The position numbers and the translations under genes are program-made. From IMG/VR virus record IMGVR_UViG_3300040811_001959: a DNA stretch of 64,000 nt. One strand, 5' to 3'. This document shows positions 18,153 through 28,793 of the stretch, in pieces (within the stretch, counting starts at the first letter, position 1; the number at the start of each line of letters is the position of its first letter). Below the pieces are notes generated by a model. The model did no database searches and was not told where the DNA came from. It saw only the letters and a list, made by a program, of their open reading frames with translations. The stretch comes from a virus. Its lineage: Duplodnaviria; Caudoviricetes.

Positions 18153-19249
18153 AATGAAAATCCTTTTAATACGTCTTTGTTAACATCTTGTTTAATACCG
18201 CCAATTATATACGACTCTACTTCTGTTTCTTGGGGAGCAACTTGTAAACCTGAACTGCTTAACCAATGTGTTGTCCATGGCAGAGGATTAGTGTTTACAG
18301 GTTGCTCAAATATTGTTTCATATCCAAGTGCTTTCAACCGTCTGTTAGCAATATATTCTACATATTGATCTAACAGCGTTTTATTTAGTCCAATCATCGA
18401 TCCATCCCTAAATAAATACTCCGCCCAGGCTTTTTCTTCGCCTACACACTCTCGCCAGATATCATATACTTCTTCTTCGCATTCTTTTGCTGCCTGTTGC
18501 ATAGCAGGATCGTCTTTGCCTTGCATCCATAATTTTAAAATGTGTGTGCTAATTGCTAAATGCTGTGCTTCGTCACGTGCAATTAACGATATAATTTTCG
18601 CAGATCCTTCCATTAATTTTAATTCGCCAAATCCAAACGTACATGCAAATGAAACATAAAATCTCAACCCCTCAAGTATGTTCACTGTCATCATTGCAAG
18701 GAAAAGTTTTTTGTTTAGGATTTTTTTATCTATTGATTTATCATGTGCATACTGTTGTGCCAGTGTCATAAATTCATCGTAGTACTTTGTTACACTGTTT
18801 GCACGTTTAATAATCATATCGTCATCTAGTATTGTATCAAATACTTCCTCTGGATTCGCATACACGTTCTTCATAATATGTGTATAAGATCGACTGTGGA
18901 TGGTTTCAAAGAAATCCCATGTAACAATGCATCCTTCTAATTCTGGCAGTGATACATATGGAAGGAAAGCTAGGCAAGGACCTCTACCCTGGACGCTATC
19001 AAGCAGGGTCTGATATTTTAAATTAGCAGTAAAAATATGTTTTTGTTCTGATCGGAAATTTTGATAATCTGCACGATCTTTTTGTAAGCTTACTTCCTCA
19101 GGACGCCAAAAATAACCTAACATCGTCTGATTTAATTTATCAAATTGCGGAAATTTAAAAGTGTCATATCTCTGCACGTTTTGGTCAGCACCAAAAAACA
19201 TATGTTGTTTACTAAAATCGATCTTATCTCTATTAAAAACAGTTTTCAT
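18149..19249 (-). CDS. nrdB: Ribonucleotide reductase class Ia beta subunit
   Basis: FWRPEEVSL, FETIHSRSY, NILEGLRFYVSF, IARDEAQH; start reassigned to MKTVFN with SD. Confidence 0.97.
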   Translation of the reverse strand: MKTVFNRDKIDFSKQHMFFGADQNVQRYDTFKFPQFDKLNQTMLGYFWRPEEVSLQKDRADYQNFRSEQKHIFTANLKYQTLLDSVQGRGPCLAFLPYVSLPELEGCIVTWDFFETIHSRSYTHIMKNVYANPEEVFDTILDDDMIIKRANSVTKYYDEFMTLAQQYAHDKSIDKKILNKKLFLAMMTVNILEGLRFYVSFACTFGFGELKLMEGSAKIISLIARDEAQHLAISTHILKLWMQGKDDPAMQQAAKECEEEVYDIWRECVGEEKAWAEYLFRDGSMIGLNKTLLDQYVEYIANRRLKALGYETIFEQPVNTNPLPWTTHWLSSSGLQVAPQETEVESYIIGGIKQDVNKDVLKGFSL

Positions 19250-19259
19250 TTTTTTCCTT

Positions 19260-21560
19260 TCAAATTGCACATGCCTCACACTCCTCGCCAGGGATTTCTA
19301 ACTTTGGAGCAATTAGTTGTTCTTCTTCTTTCTCTTCAACATCATTTGGATCAATTTTAAAATCATATGTATTCTGATAATAACTTGTTTTCCATCCGAG
19401 CTTGTAGGTTGTAATTAAATCTTTGATCATAACGCTCATTGGTACTTCGTTATTAGGATAATGTGTAGGATTGTAACTCCAATTTCCACTGATTGCCTGA
19501 TCAAAGAATTTTTGCATCACTGCTACGATATTTATATATCCTTGGTTGTCTGGCATATCCCACAGTAATGTGTAATATGCTTTTAAACTTTGATACTGCG
19601 GAACTATTTGTTTTAATGGTCCTTTTTTACTTTTCTTAACTGATAAAAACCCTCTTGGAGGTTCAATACCATTTGTTGCATTTGAAACCACAGAGCTGCT
19701 TTCGCTAGGCATTTGTGCTGATAATGTACTATGTCGTAATCCCCAGATTTCTATTTGTTTACGTAAATCGTCCCAGTCCATTTTTAGTTGATTTGGAACA
19801 ATAGTATCTACATCATTCTTGTAAGTATCAATTGGTAATAGGCCTTTTGCATATTTTGTTTTCTTGTAACCATCACACACACCTTTTTCCTGTGCAATCC
19901 TATTACTTGCCTTTAAAAGATAGTATTGGAATGCCTCAGTTAAATCATGCACTAGGACAGCAGCATTTGGATCACTATAACTCATTTTATTTTTTGCTAG
20001 ATAATGTGCAAGTCCAATATAACCTATACCTAATGACCGACGTGCCTTTGTTCCAATTTCTGCTGCTTTTACAGGATACTTTTGATAATCAATAATTTCT
20101 TCTAAGCCTCTTACAGCTAAATCGCACAGTTCTTCTAAATCGCCAAGATCTTTAATTATGCCAACGTTAATTGCACTGAGTATACACAATGCTATTTCGC
20201 CATCGCAGTCATCAATATGCTGCAGTGGTTTAGTGGGTAACGTAATCTCTTGGCATAGATTTGACATGTAAACGGTGTCAGTAAAACTGCTGTGGGTATT
20301 ACAGTGATCTACATTCATTATATAAATTCTACCAGTTTCTGCTCTTTCCTTAATCAGCGCACTAAACAGATCCATTGCATCGATCTTTTTCTTTTTGATA
20401 CTGGTTGCTCTTTCGTACTTTTCGTAAAGTTCTTTAAACTGTTCTGTATCATTAAAATATGCATCATACAAATCCGGAACATCATGCGGAGAAAATAGTG
20501 TTATATGTTCTCCAGCTAATAGTCTTTCATACATTGTTTTGTTAAGCTGGATAGAATAATCTAACTTTCTAACCCTGTTATCCTCTGTGCCCTTATTATT
20601 TTTCAAGACCAAAATGTCTTCAATTTCTTGATGCCACAAAGGAAAATGCACTGTTGCACTACCTCCACGCACACCATTTTGTGTACAACATCTTACAGTG
20701 GCTTCAAACTTTTTTAGAAAAGGCACGACGCCAGTATGTGCAACTTCGCCACCTCTGATCTTGCTGTTAACGCCACGAATTCTACCGGCGTTAATACCAA
20801 TTCCTGCTCTCTGTGCAATATATTTTCCAATTGCCATATCACTTGAAAAAATACTGTCGAGGGTATCGTCACTATCAACAAGCACACAACTTGCAAATTG
20901 TCGAACTGGCGTCCTAACACCAGCCATTACCGGAGTAGGTATGTTGATTTTAAATAATGACAACGCATCATAATAACGTTTTATATAGTGCATGCGAGTC
21001 TCGGGCGGATATTTTGCAAAAAGTGTCGCAGCAATTAGCATATACATGTATTGTGGAGATTCAAAGATAATACCTGTTGACCGGTCTTGACAGAGATATT
21101 TGTCAGCAATTTGTCGTAGTCCTGCGTAAGTAAAATTTTCATCCCTTTTATGATTAATATAAGAGTTTAACTTGCTAAATTCTTCCTCTGTGTAATAAAG
21201 GAAGATATCCTTGTCATACACACCTCTTTCTACATTATTTTTTACAATGTCATACAAAGGAATAACATCATACGATCCAAACAATTCTTTGTACATACCG
21301 TAAAGAAGTAGTCTTGCTGCTGCATATTGGTAATTTGGATGATCAAGTGATATCAAATCGTCTGCACTACGTACAAGGATTTCTTGTATTTCTTTTGTTG
21401 TCATACCATCATAAAACTGTAGATTAGCGTTCATTTCTATTTGACTGCTACTTACACCAGCTAATCCTTCACACGCAAACTCAACAACTTTATGTATCTT
21501 ATCAATGTTTAAATTTTCTTTGTATCCTTTTCTTTTGACAATTTGTATCTCTGTTTTCAT
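19260..21560 (-). CDS. nrdA: Ribonucleotide reductase class Ia alpha subunit with ATP cone
   Basis: PTPVMAG, QFASCVL, SNLCQEI, AQMPSESSS. Confidence 0.98.
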   Translation of the reverse strand: MKTEIQIVKRKGYKENLNIDKIHKVVEFACEGLAGVSSSQIEMNANLQFYDGMTTKEIQEILVRSADDLISLDHPNYQYAAARLLLYGMYKELFGSYDVIPLYDIVKNNVERGVYDKDIFLYYTEEEFSKLNSYINHKRDENFTYAGLRQIADKYLCQDRSTGIIFESPQYMYMLIAATLFAKYPPETRMHYIKRYYDALSLFKINIPTPVMAGVRTPVRQFASCVLVDSDDTLDSIFSSDMAIGKYIAQRAGIGINAGRIRGVNSKIRGGEVAHTGVVPFLKKFEATVRCCTQNGVRGGSATVHFPLWHQEIEDILVLKNNKGTEDNRVRKLDYSIQLNKTMYERLLAGEHITLFSPHDVPDLYDAYFNDTEQFKELYEKYERATSIKKKKIDAMDLFSALIKERAETGRIYIMNVDHCNTHSSFTDTVYMSNLCQEITLPTKPLQHIDDCDGEIALCILSAINVGIIKDLGDLEELCDLAVRGLEEIIDYQKYPVKAAEIGTKARRSLGIGYIGLAHYLAKNKMSYSDPNAAVLVHDLTEAFQYYLLKASNRIAQEKGVCDGYKKTKYAKGLLPIDTYKNDVDTIVPNQLKMDWDDLRKQIEIWGLRHSTLSAQMPSESSSVVSNATNGIEPPRGFLSVKKSKKGPLKQIVPQYQSLKAYYTLLWDMPDNQGYINIVAVMQKFFDQAISGNWSYNPTHYPNNEVPMSVMIKDLITTYKLGWKTSYYQNTYDFKIDPNDVEEKEEEQLIAPKLEIPGEECEACAI

Positions 21561-21567
21561 TTTTTCC

Positions 21568-21975
21568 TCAGTGTACTAGTGGTATGTTTTTTATATTTAA
21601 TATTGTTCGATTGTTTGTATTTTTTGTTGGATCAAAATAATAAATAGTGTCGATCATGAAAGCAAATTCAATAGAGTGTGTATCATGATTTTGATATATT
21701 ACAATAGAGAATTTTTTTTGTGTATATTGTTTAATTAGCTGCAGGGTATAGCACAAAAACAAGATTTGACTAAAAGCACAATATTTATTTTTATCTATTA
21801 ATGTCCAAGGATCTGGCCAGGTGTTTTCGTTCCAAGGATCAAATTGTAAAGTATGCAGTGTTATTTTAGAAAAATCTTTAAAAGCTAACTCACTAGGATT
21901 TTCAACTAGCTCAAGAGAGTTTCTATAAAGGCTCCAAGAAGCCATTCTCTCTTCGAATGTTTTTTCGGTGAACAT
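21568..21975 (-). CDS. Hypothetical protein
   Basis: 135-aa ORF. Confidence 0.55.
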   Translation of the reverse strand: MFTEKTFEERMASWSLYRNSLELVENPSELAFKDFSKITLHTLQFDPWNENTWPDPWTLIDKNKYCAFSQILFLCYTLQLIKQYTQKKFSIVIYQNHDTHSIEFAFMIDTIYYFDPTKNTNNRTILNIKNIPLVH

Positions 21976-23645
21976 TAATAAGTAAATCTACGAGTTTCTA
22001 TTGTATATCGAAATTCACTTGCATTTTGAACCTGATTACCAGTTTTTGATTTTAAATAAACACTATAAACAGGAGCTTCTTCGCTACCATCATTAACAAA
22101 CTCACTATAGAATGTTATATCTCGTGATATATAAGCATCACCTTCGTTGAAATTTCCTGTGCCAATGTGTTCGTATTCATCGGTAAGATTAGCCACTAGT
22201 CCGCCGGTGGTATCACATAAAATGGTTATAGTTCCTACTCTATGAAAACTATCCAGTGCATTAAAGAGATAGTATTTAATTATATAGGCTTGATCCTGAC
22301 CTCCAGGTAATTTTAAAATATCTCTTTCTTCTGTGGCAGGAATGATGGTTATTCGTCTAAGGGCATTATCAATATGGTGTGTGGCTCCACTGACCTCTGG
22401 CACATAAGGACGACTTGATACACGGAAATTTTCTTGTGAAAGCATATCAGTTCTATAAAAATAATCGCCTAAAGTCTGATTTGAAATAGACTCAAATTTA
22501 ATAATGCTTCTTAAAGCCTGAAATTCTGATCCTCCGTCGTTACCTACATCACGGAAATGATTATATTGGCTGCTGTTAAAGCTGCCTTGGATTATTTTAA
22601 TAGCTTCATATTGGATATCTTGGAACTTAGAGTATTTAATAATATTATTTTTTGGATGTTCATTGTTAACAACCCATGACCCAAAATCCACACCTTGCCC
22701 TAATGTTTGAAAAGTGGTATTTTCAATTATATTATTGTTTACTTCTTGATTTGCTGATATTCCATAAGACCATCCACTAATTTTACAATTGTTAAATTTA
22801 TTATTTGTTGATCTTACTGCAGGGCTTAATGAATCAAAAACAATGCCAACTCCTACAGATATACCAATTGGATTAGTGGTTTTAATTTGTTGTCCAATAT
22901 TCCACGGTCCAATAATATGCAGGTTCTCAAAAATACTATCTCTACAACTGGCAAGATGTAAACCAATATCATCAACGGAATGTTTGATCGTAAAGCCTTT
23001 AATTAAAATTTCTCTCGGTGCATTTCCATAATCAGTTGCACTGTCATGAGATGGCTGATTAATTTCGCTTAATCCGTTTACAGTTTTAAATATTGGTATC
23101 TCTGTGCCTGCAGGATCAACCAGTTCTATAACCGTTTTTTCAGGACCTGCTCCTACGAGTGTAGTAAACGGAGGAATAAAAATAGTACTATGAATTTTGT
23201 AATGTCCAGGTTCAAAATTTATTGTTATTCTTCCAGCTTCTACACTTCCTGCCGCTGTAAGATAAAGTTGGTCAATAGCTCTTTGAATTATCGGGGTAGC
23301 ATCTTGATCAAAATCACCGGTTGCACCAAACGCACGGATGCTGACCATATCATCTAATCTATCTTGTAACGTCCTTGCAACAGGACTAGATGACGCATCG
23401 CCTGTTTGTGTTGATCCTTTTTTGTAAATGTAAGTTGCAGCAAGCTCAAATAAATCATCAGATTGTGTTAAAACTTTTGTATTACCTACAAACGGAGCGC
23501 CTTCACTTAAACTACCATTGCCTATATATAATTCTTGACTATCAATTGCCCAGGCAAGCTCTCCACTTGCAAGTTGTGGTAATCCTTCATTTTGATTTTT
23601 TTGGCCTCTTCTAATTTGTATCCTACTGATTTGAACTATTGCCAC
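21975..23645 (-). CDS. Virion protein with Mtd-N-like anchor and pectate-lyase-like beta-helix
   Basis: IQIRRG...LASGELAWAIDSQELYIGNG; SIRAFGATGDFDQDATPIIQRAID; Asn-rich helix rungs. Confidence 0.7.
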   Translation of the reverse strand: MAIVQISRIQIRRGQKNQNEGLPQLASGELAWAIDSQELYIGNGSLSEGAPFVGNTKVLTQSDDLFELAATYIYKKGSTQTGDASSSPVARTLQDRLDDMVSIRAFGATGDFDQDATPIIQRAIDQLYLTAAGSVEAGRITINFEPGHYKIHSTIFIPPFTTLVGAGPEKTVIELVDPAGTEIPIFKTVNGLSEINQPSHDSATDYGNAPREILIKGFTIKHSVDDIGLHLASCRDSIFENLHIIGPWNIGQQIKTTNPIGISVGVGIVFDSLSPAVRSTNNKFNNCKISGWSYGISANQEVNNNIIENTTFQTLGQGVDFGSWVVNNEHPKNNIIKYSKFQDIQYEAIKIIQGSFNSSQYNHFRDVGNDGGSEFQALRSIIKFESISNQTLGDYFYRTDMLSQENFRVSSRPYVPEVSGATHHIDNALRRITIIPATEERDILKLPGGQDQAYIIKYYLFNALDSFHRVGTITILCDTTGGLVANLTDEYEHIGTGNFNEGDAYISRDITFYSEFVNDGSEEAPVYSVYLKSKTGNQVQNASEFRYTIETRRFTY

Positions 23646-23675
23646 TTACCTCTCCTTGTTTATAACTAATATTTA

Positions 23676-24359
23676 TCAGCTAATAGTAGATTCATAATAG
23701 GCATATAATCGATTATACCATTCATTTTTCCAATAGGAATAGTCTTTAGGTAATAAGTCAAACTGCTGATATTGTAAATCACGACTACACATAAAGATAT
23801 GTCCTTCGTTTATTGAAGTTTTGTATAGTTCATTATGAGCTTCTATATATGCAACAAGTTGTAGATAATAATCATCTACCCATTCTTCTTTTTTAGGTTT
23901 GTTAGTTTGTTTAAAATCACAAATACAAAGATTACTTTTATAAGTACAAACTAAATCTGTTGTTCCTGCATATAGATTAGGCATCCATAAATTAATTTCT
24001 GACCCTATAATTTCATCTATGTAGGAAAATGCATTTTCTCTAATAATTTGAGCCATCTTATTTGCTTGAGATGCGTAAGGGTTACTACCAGCCTCTGGCC
24101 AGAATCCTGTTTCTATATAATCTTCTAAATATTTGTGCATCCTTGTGCCTACACCGGCTGCTTCTGTTGTTATCTCTTGAGCTTTCTGTTCGCCTACCCT
24201 TTTTTTCCATTCGAAAAGATGCGTATTATCTTTCGTCTTATTTAATATTGTAGTCACACTAGCTACAGCATTACCGTCTGGCGTAAGGTATAATCTTTTA
24301 CCATTAACTTGTTTTCTAGATATAGAAGCATAATTGAATTTCTTAACAAGAAGAGTCAT
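23676..24359 (-). CDS. PD-(D/E)XK exonuclease (phage/MGME1-like)
   Basis: SVTTIL, GTRMHKYLE, YAGTTDLV...ICDFKQT, QLVAY. Confidence 0.85.
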   Translation of the reverse strand: MTLLVKKFNYASISRKQVNGKRLYLTPDGNAVASVTTILNKTKDNTHLFEWKKRVGEQKAQEITTEAAGVGTRMHKYLEDYIETGFWPEAGSNPYASQANKMAQIIRENAFSYIDEIIGSEINLWMPNLYAGTTDLVCTYKSNLCICDFKQTNKPKKEEWVDDYYLQLVAYIEAHNELYKTSINEGHIFMCSRDLQYQQFDLLPKDYSYWKNEWYNRLYAYYESTIS

Positions 24360-24685
24360 TCATCCTCTTCATTAAAATAATAATCTTGATACATAAATGG
24401 ATCGTGTTGATAGAAAGGATCAACAGAGCTGTTTGGATCATCTTGAGCAATAATATTAGTAACTTCGGGTACAAAATGCATTAACATACCTTCTACACCC
24501 TGCTTCAATGTGTACATGCTGCCTGCACAACCACTACATGCTCCACTAAGCATTAATTCAACAGTGCCGTTATCAAAGCTTACAAAGTCTATATGTCCGC
24601 CATGTTCTGCCACTGCTGGTTGTACATAATCTTCTAATGCTTCCTTAATTGCGGTAACTATTTCTTCGTTTGTTCTTTCAGTCAT
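24356..24685 (-). CDS. NifU/NfuA C-terminal domain Fe-S carrier
   Basis: VQPAVAEHGGHI...LSGACSGCAGSMYTLKQGVE. Confidence 0.9.
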   Translation of the reverse strand: MTERTNEEIVTAIKEALEDYVQPAVAEHGGHIDFVSFDNGTVELMLSGACSGCAGSMYTLKQGVEGMLMHFVPEVTNIIAQDDPNSSVDPFYQHDPFMYQDYYFNEEDE

Positions 24686-24723
24686 AAAACCTTTTAATTT
24701 TTAATTGTAACGTTAATTTAAGT

Positions 24724-25095
24724 TTATGTCAACTGGTCTCCTAAATCGGTTGCTGATTTTGCCATTTGTGCAACTTCGTCGCCTCCAGCATCTCCTTGTT
24801 CAGGTTGATCTGATATAGTATTTGCTGTTTTAGGTTCAATTCCTGTTTGATTAAAATTGTTTACCATAGTTTTGATTCTAGGATCAGTATCATATGCAGC
24901 CTTAAAACTACCATAATCAAACTGTTCTCCTTCGACATTTTGCATGAGTTTATTAAGGTCAAGATTCATTGCATCTTGTTTCATATCTTCTTTTTTTGGA
25001 GGGGTATTAAAGTGTAAGAATAATGCAACATTATCCTTATCGGCTGTTGCTATTACTGTGCGAAGGACTTGGACTAACTTTTTAGAATGGTCCAA
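24724..25095 (-). CDS. Hypothetical protein
   Basis: 123-aa ORF. Confidence 0.55.
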   Translation of the reverse strand: MDHSKKLVQVLRTVIATADKDNVALFLHFNTPPKKEDMKQDAMNLDLNKLMQNVEGEQFDYGSFKAAYDTDPRIKTMVNNFNQTGIEPKTANTISDQPEQGDAGGDEVAQMAKSATDLGDQLT

Positions 25096-25109
25096 GTCTT
25101 CAGTAATAC

Positions 25110-26303
25110 TTAGTTTTTTTTTGAGCTAAGGATTTGGCCTAGAGATCTTGATAAATTTTGTCTTTCAATAATTCTAGCTTTTCGGAATTCCCTGCGGATT
25201 GATTCTCTTTGTTCTCTGCCTGTTTCTTCCATTCCGCCTGCGGATGGTTCGGCTGCAGCAAACTCGTCGCCCATCTCTGCTTCAGCATCAACAGTAGGCT
25301 CCATTCCTGGTTCTTCCATTCCTGGTTCTTCCATTCCTGGTTCTGCACCCATTGGAGCAGGCATTTCTTCGCCTGTTAACATGGTTACACCTTGTGTTAG
25401 TGTGCCTCTTGTGCTTTCAAGTGCTTGATATAGTGCCTCAAGTGCTGGTTTTACAGAATCGATAAATGTTTGTGATTGTTCTTGGCCCAATTCGTCGCGG
25501 ATAGCATCACCTAGTTCTAGCATAGATTCTGTTTGCATTTCTGCAGTATCTTCCATCCATGCTGTAATGCGATCAACCATATCTTTAGCAGCCATTACTA
25601 GTTCTGCTTTATCTTCTTCACCTTCTACTATTGATTTTTGGTTACGAGAAATAGAAGAATTTTGTGTACTTTTCTTACCATTGACTTTTGCAATAGCTTC
25701 GGGTTTGCTCATTCCTGACTTAATCATTCTAGCAATTTGAACATCTTTGAAATCGTTCTTACCGTCGCCGTTTTGATCTTTCTTTTGGCCTTCTGCCATA
25801 CCCTTAGCCTTTGATTTTTGATAAATTTGATTTGCAAATTTCATAATTTTCTCTGCTGTATTATGACCTCGATTATATAATGCCTGCACAATATCTCCGT
25901 CGTCAAAACCTTTTTTGTAAAGAGGAGCAAAAGCTTTTCTAAGTATCTTTACAACTGCAGGATTTGTTACCATACCATACATATCAGCCATTCCTGAGTC
26001 CATATCAGCAAAAGCTGCATCTGCCCTGTCTTGTATGCCGCCTTCTTGGATGCTTCTTTCTGCAATAGCTTGATTTAAAACATCTAAAAACATTTTATTT
26101 TTTTGATAAGAAGCATTATTAGAAGGTGCATCAAAGCTTTCATTGGTCTCAATTTGACTTAATGTTGTTCGTAATTTATTCCTAGCATCTTGTAATTGTT
26201 CAAGTGTAAATGTGTCAACGTCAATTGTAGTGTTAAACATTTTGGCTAAATTTTCGTTAAGTGTTTTAACTGTGGTTGGTTTAGAAATTTCTCGTAACTT
26301 CAT
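25110..26303 (-). CDS. Probable head/prohead-associated protein
   Basis: MKLREI leader, acidic coiled coils, DQNGDGKNDFKD EF-hand-like loop, late box upstream. Confidence 0.5.
   Translation of the reverse strand: MKLREISKPTTVKTLNENLAKMFNTTIDVDTFTLEQLQDARNKLRTTLSQIETNESFDAPSNNASYQKNKMFLDVLNQAIAERSIQEGGIQDRADAAFADMDSGMADMYGMVTNPAVVKILRKAFAPLYKKGFDDGDIVQALYNRGHNTAEKIMKFANQIYQKSKAKGMAEGQKKDQNGDGKNDFKDVQIARMIKSGMSKPEAIAKVNGKKSTQNSSISRNQKSIVEGEEDKAELVMAAKDMVDRITAWMEDTAEMQTESMLELGDAIRDELGQEQSQTFIDSVKPALEALYQALESTRGTLTQGVTMLTGEEMPAPMGAEPGMEEPGMEEPGMEPTVDAEAEMGDEFAAAEPSAGGMEETGREQRESIRREFRKARIIERQNLSRSLGQILSSKKN
25301..25344. repeat. 15-bp tandem repeat x3 encoding (EPGME)n
   Basis: ccattcctggttctt repeated. 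Confidence 0.85.
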
Positions 26304-26341
26304 ATGAATAATCCTAATTAAACTTTACATTTATTTATCAT

Positions 26342-26752
26342 CTAATGTAATATCAATCCATGTAATTCTTTTTTTGAACTTTGTAATATTTGATCAGCAA
26401 TTTCTAGCCTTGTCATTGTAGAAAATCTTTTATTTTTATTTTTTACGGTTGCTATTGTATGTTTATAAAAAGTACAATCATTTTGATTTTTTTCAATTGT
26501 CTTATCCAATTCAAGTATATACTTTTCATTCTTATCATTTTTTAATTTTGCTTTTACTATGGCTAGGGCAGCGGCTTTTGTGTAGGTGGTTGCAATACAT
26601 TTATTGTTTTTAGTAATGTAATATAAATTATTTTTATAATTTATAATCCAGTCTTTAATTTGAATTTGATTATCTTTTACTTGTGGAATAGACGTAAGGA
26701 TTTCATTTTGGAATAAAAGTTCTAATTGTTGTAAAATTTTATTTTTGTTCAT
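26342..26752 (-). CDS. Hypothetical protein
   Basis: 136-aa ORF. Confidence 0.55.
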   Translation of the reverse strand: MNKNKILQQLELLFQNEILTSIPQVKDNQIQIKDWIINYKNNLYYITKNNKCIATTYTKAAALAIVKAKLKNDKNEKYILELDKTIEKNQNDCTFYKHTIATVKNKNKRFSTMTRLEIADQILQSSKKELHGLILH

Positions 26753-26948
26753 TTTTCCTTATATAAACATCTGATTGATTGTTAATTTTTGTAACTAAAC
26801 TTTTACGTATTAAAGAATCCGCTATAAACTGATCATGTTCGTCTAGATCTTTATAGCGTTTTGGTTTTGTATCTAATTTATCTAACAGTGTTTGTTCTTC
26901 ACCGTTTGTGTAGATACCAAATTCGCCTAACAATTCATTCACTTTCAT
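26739..26948 (-). CDS. Hypothetical protein with MKVNELLGE leader
   Basis: Overlapping operon spacing. Confidence 0.55.
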   Translation of the reverse strand: MKVNELLGEFGIYTNGEEQTLLDKLDTKPKRYKDLDEHDQFIADSLIRKSLVTKINNQSDVYIRKNEQK

Positions 26949-27352
26949 TTTTTCTCAGGTAATCCTTTGTGCTTGGTGCTCGCATAATCCTTTGCATCTT
27001 TCTTTTTCATACTGCTTGCTACCTTTGCAACTTCACCTGATGCCGGTTGCTCTCCTTTTTGTGCTGCGTGTACCATGCCCATAAAACGTTGTTGTTTTCT
27101 TGATACTGCCTTCTCCATTGCTGCAACTTCTACCTGTTCGCCTGGTTTAATGGTTTGGTCAACTTCTCCAGATTGTTGCGTATTTACTATGAACTTGTTA
27201 CTGGTAGGATCTTTTGTAATCATTCCTGGCTTATTTGGATCCTTAGGTATCAGAGTTTGTATCTTTGTTTTTGGGTCTACCAGCGTGGTTTGCTTTGGGT
27301 CATCTGCTACTACTTGTAAAGTTTGCTCTCCTAGTATATCAGCTACTTTCAT
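26945..27352 (-). CDS. DUF3008-like protein
   Basis: AVSRKQQRFMGMVHAAQKG...AKDYASTKHKGLPEKK. Confidence 0.7.
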   Translation of the reverse strand: MKVADILGEQTLQVVADDPKQTTLVDPKTKIQTLIPKDPNKPGMITKDPTSNKFIVNTQQSGEVDQTIKPGEQVEVAAMEKAVSRKQQRFMGMVHAAQKGEQPASGEVAKVASSMKKKDAKDYASTKHKGLPEKK

Positions 27353-27624
27353 TAGTTATTCCTTTTATTCATGCTTTGTACCCTTTTAGACGCTGGGTTT
27401 ACACGTTTTGTTTTTTTTGCTTTCCTAGCTAATTTTGAACCTAATCTAGCTTTTGTCTTTTTTAACGTTAATCTTTTTTTGATATCAACTGGTGCAAAAC
27501 ACTGTGCAGGATTGCTAACTACACGGCCGTTACGTCTTCCGCCTGAACAACGATATTTACGGACAACAGATTGTCCTGATCTTGCCCAAACCTGCTTTTC
27601 ACCTAGTATTTCGTTAACTAACAT
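27352..27624 (-). CDS. Small basic protein with MLVNEILGE leader
   Basis: KQVWARSG...RKYRCSGGRRNGRVV...C. Confidence 0.6.
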   Translation of the reverse strand: MLVNEILGEKQVWARSGQSVVRKYRCSGGRRNGRVVSNPAQCFAPVDIKKRLTLKKTKARLGSKLARKAKKTKRVNPASKRVQSMNKRNN

Positions 27625-27857
27625 TAGTTTATCTTATCCAGTATAACCACTACTGTAGATAGAAATCCTACAATAATAGTGGCTGCAGCTCCTATAAAGA
27701 CTTTTATCATTGCCTTATTGCCTGCAAGGATATCATTATGCACACGTTCTACTTTATCTTCTATAACAGATAATCGTTTATCTAATTGTTGATATCTTTC
27801 TTGGCACAGTTCAACGTGCGCTTCAAGATGTTGTTTTTCAATTTCCGTTGCAGACAA
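27624..27857 (-). CDS. Coiled-coil protein with C-terminal TM
   Basis: LEAHVELCQERY...IGAAATIIVGFLSTVVVIL. Confidence 0.6.
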   Translation of the reverse strand: MSATEIEKQHLEAHVELCQERYQQLDKRLSVIEDKVERVHNDILAGNKAMIKVFIGAAATIIVGFLSTVVVILDKIN

Positions 27858-27887
27858 TGTAATCCTCCAAATATATATTATTTATGC

Positions 27888-28280
27888 TTATATATCAAAG
27901 ATAAAACTTATATTTTTATTAGACTCATTGTCTGGATTAAAAACTGGTTCAGATATTTCTGCTGTTTCGTTGAGATTTAATACAATTGGAACTAGCTGGA
28001 AGTCTTCTATAAGCGTATTTTCATCAATTGATGTTGCTTCTCTTTCACTTTCAAAGGTCACAACCCAATAATTTTGTTTGCCTTTGAAATTACTACCTAA
28101 ATTATATTGCGTTATGCCGCCTGATTTTAGTTCACAATTAACAGGCATCATGTTAGCCCTTATGTTAACCGTTTGTACAAGTGTGTTGAAATTTGATTGC
28201 TGTGAATATTTTTTTGTGTCACCATCTCTTTTTTCTCTTGTCTCGGTGACGTCAACAAGAGAAATTGCTTGTATTCTCAT
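27888..28280 (-). CDS. Hypothetical protein (start reassigned to MRIQAISL)
   Basis: TAAATA lies 5 nt before the ATG at 28280. Confidence 0.55.
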   Translation of the reverse strand: MRIQAISLVDVTETREKRDGDTKKYSQQSNFNTLVQTVNIRANMMPVNCELKSGGITQYNLGSNFKGKQNYWVVTFESEREATSIDENTLIEDFQLVPIVLNLNETAEISEPVFNPDNESNKNISFIFDI

Positions 28281-28297
28281 AGTATTATTTACAAGCC

Positions 28298-28330
28298 AAA
28301 AAAAAAGCACCATGTAAAAATGGTGCTTTT
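28298..28330 (-). terminator. Intrinsic terminator
   Basis: AAAAGCACCAT-N6-ATGGTGCTTTT inverted repeat followed by a long T run on the minus strand. Confidence 0.85.
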
Positions 28331-28354
28331 ATCGGTTATAATTTATGGTTTAAA

Positions 28355-28726
28355 TTATAGTGCTGGCTTAAAAATTGCTACAGTAGTTGCTGAACAATCT
28401 GTATTAGTTGCCATGTTTGCATCAGTAAATGCAGTTGTACCTTGTACTCTTACATAAACAGATCCAGTTGTCCATGTAGTCCAATCAATAGCAGAGCCAT
28501 CTGCTGTACCAACAGCAGCTACAGTGTAGGCATTATCTGTTTGCGTTGCTCCGTCACCTGTTCCGTGTGGTGTAGTTAACCAAAACAAAGCGCCTTCTAA
28601 TTTAGCATTTGTTAAATTACCTGTTTTTGGAGCAATCTCCATAACCATTTCCATTCCAACATCAGATTGAGAAATTTGATGTACTCTATAATTTGCGGCA
28701 ATATCCGTTCCTATTAAACTTGGCAT
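28355..28726 (-). CDS. Probable abundant late/virion protein
   Basis: Monocistronic: TAAATA box, AAGGAG SD and own terminator. Confidence 0.55.
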   Translation of the reverse strand: MPSLIGTDIAANYRVHQISQSDVGMEMVMEIAPKTGNLTNAKLEGALFWLTTPHGTGDGATQTDNAYTVAAVGTADGSAIDWTTWTTGSVYVRVQGTTAFTDANMATNTDCSATTVAIFKPAL

Positions 28727-28793
28727 TTTTTTCTCCTTTTAATTCATATACCTTATGCCTATAAGGCTTCTACTTTTATTTATCATCGATAAA

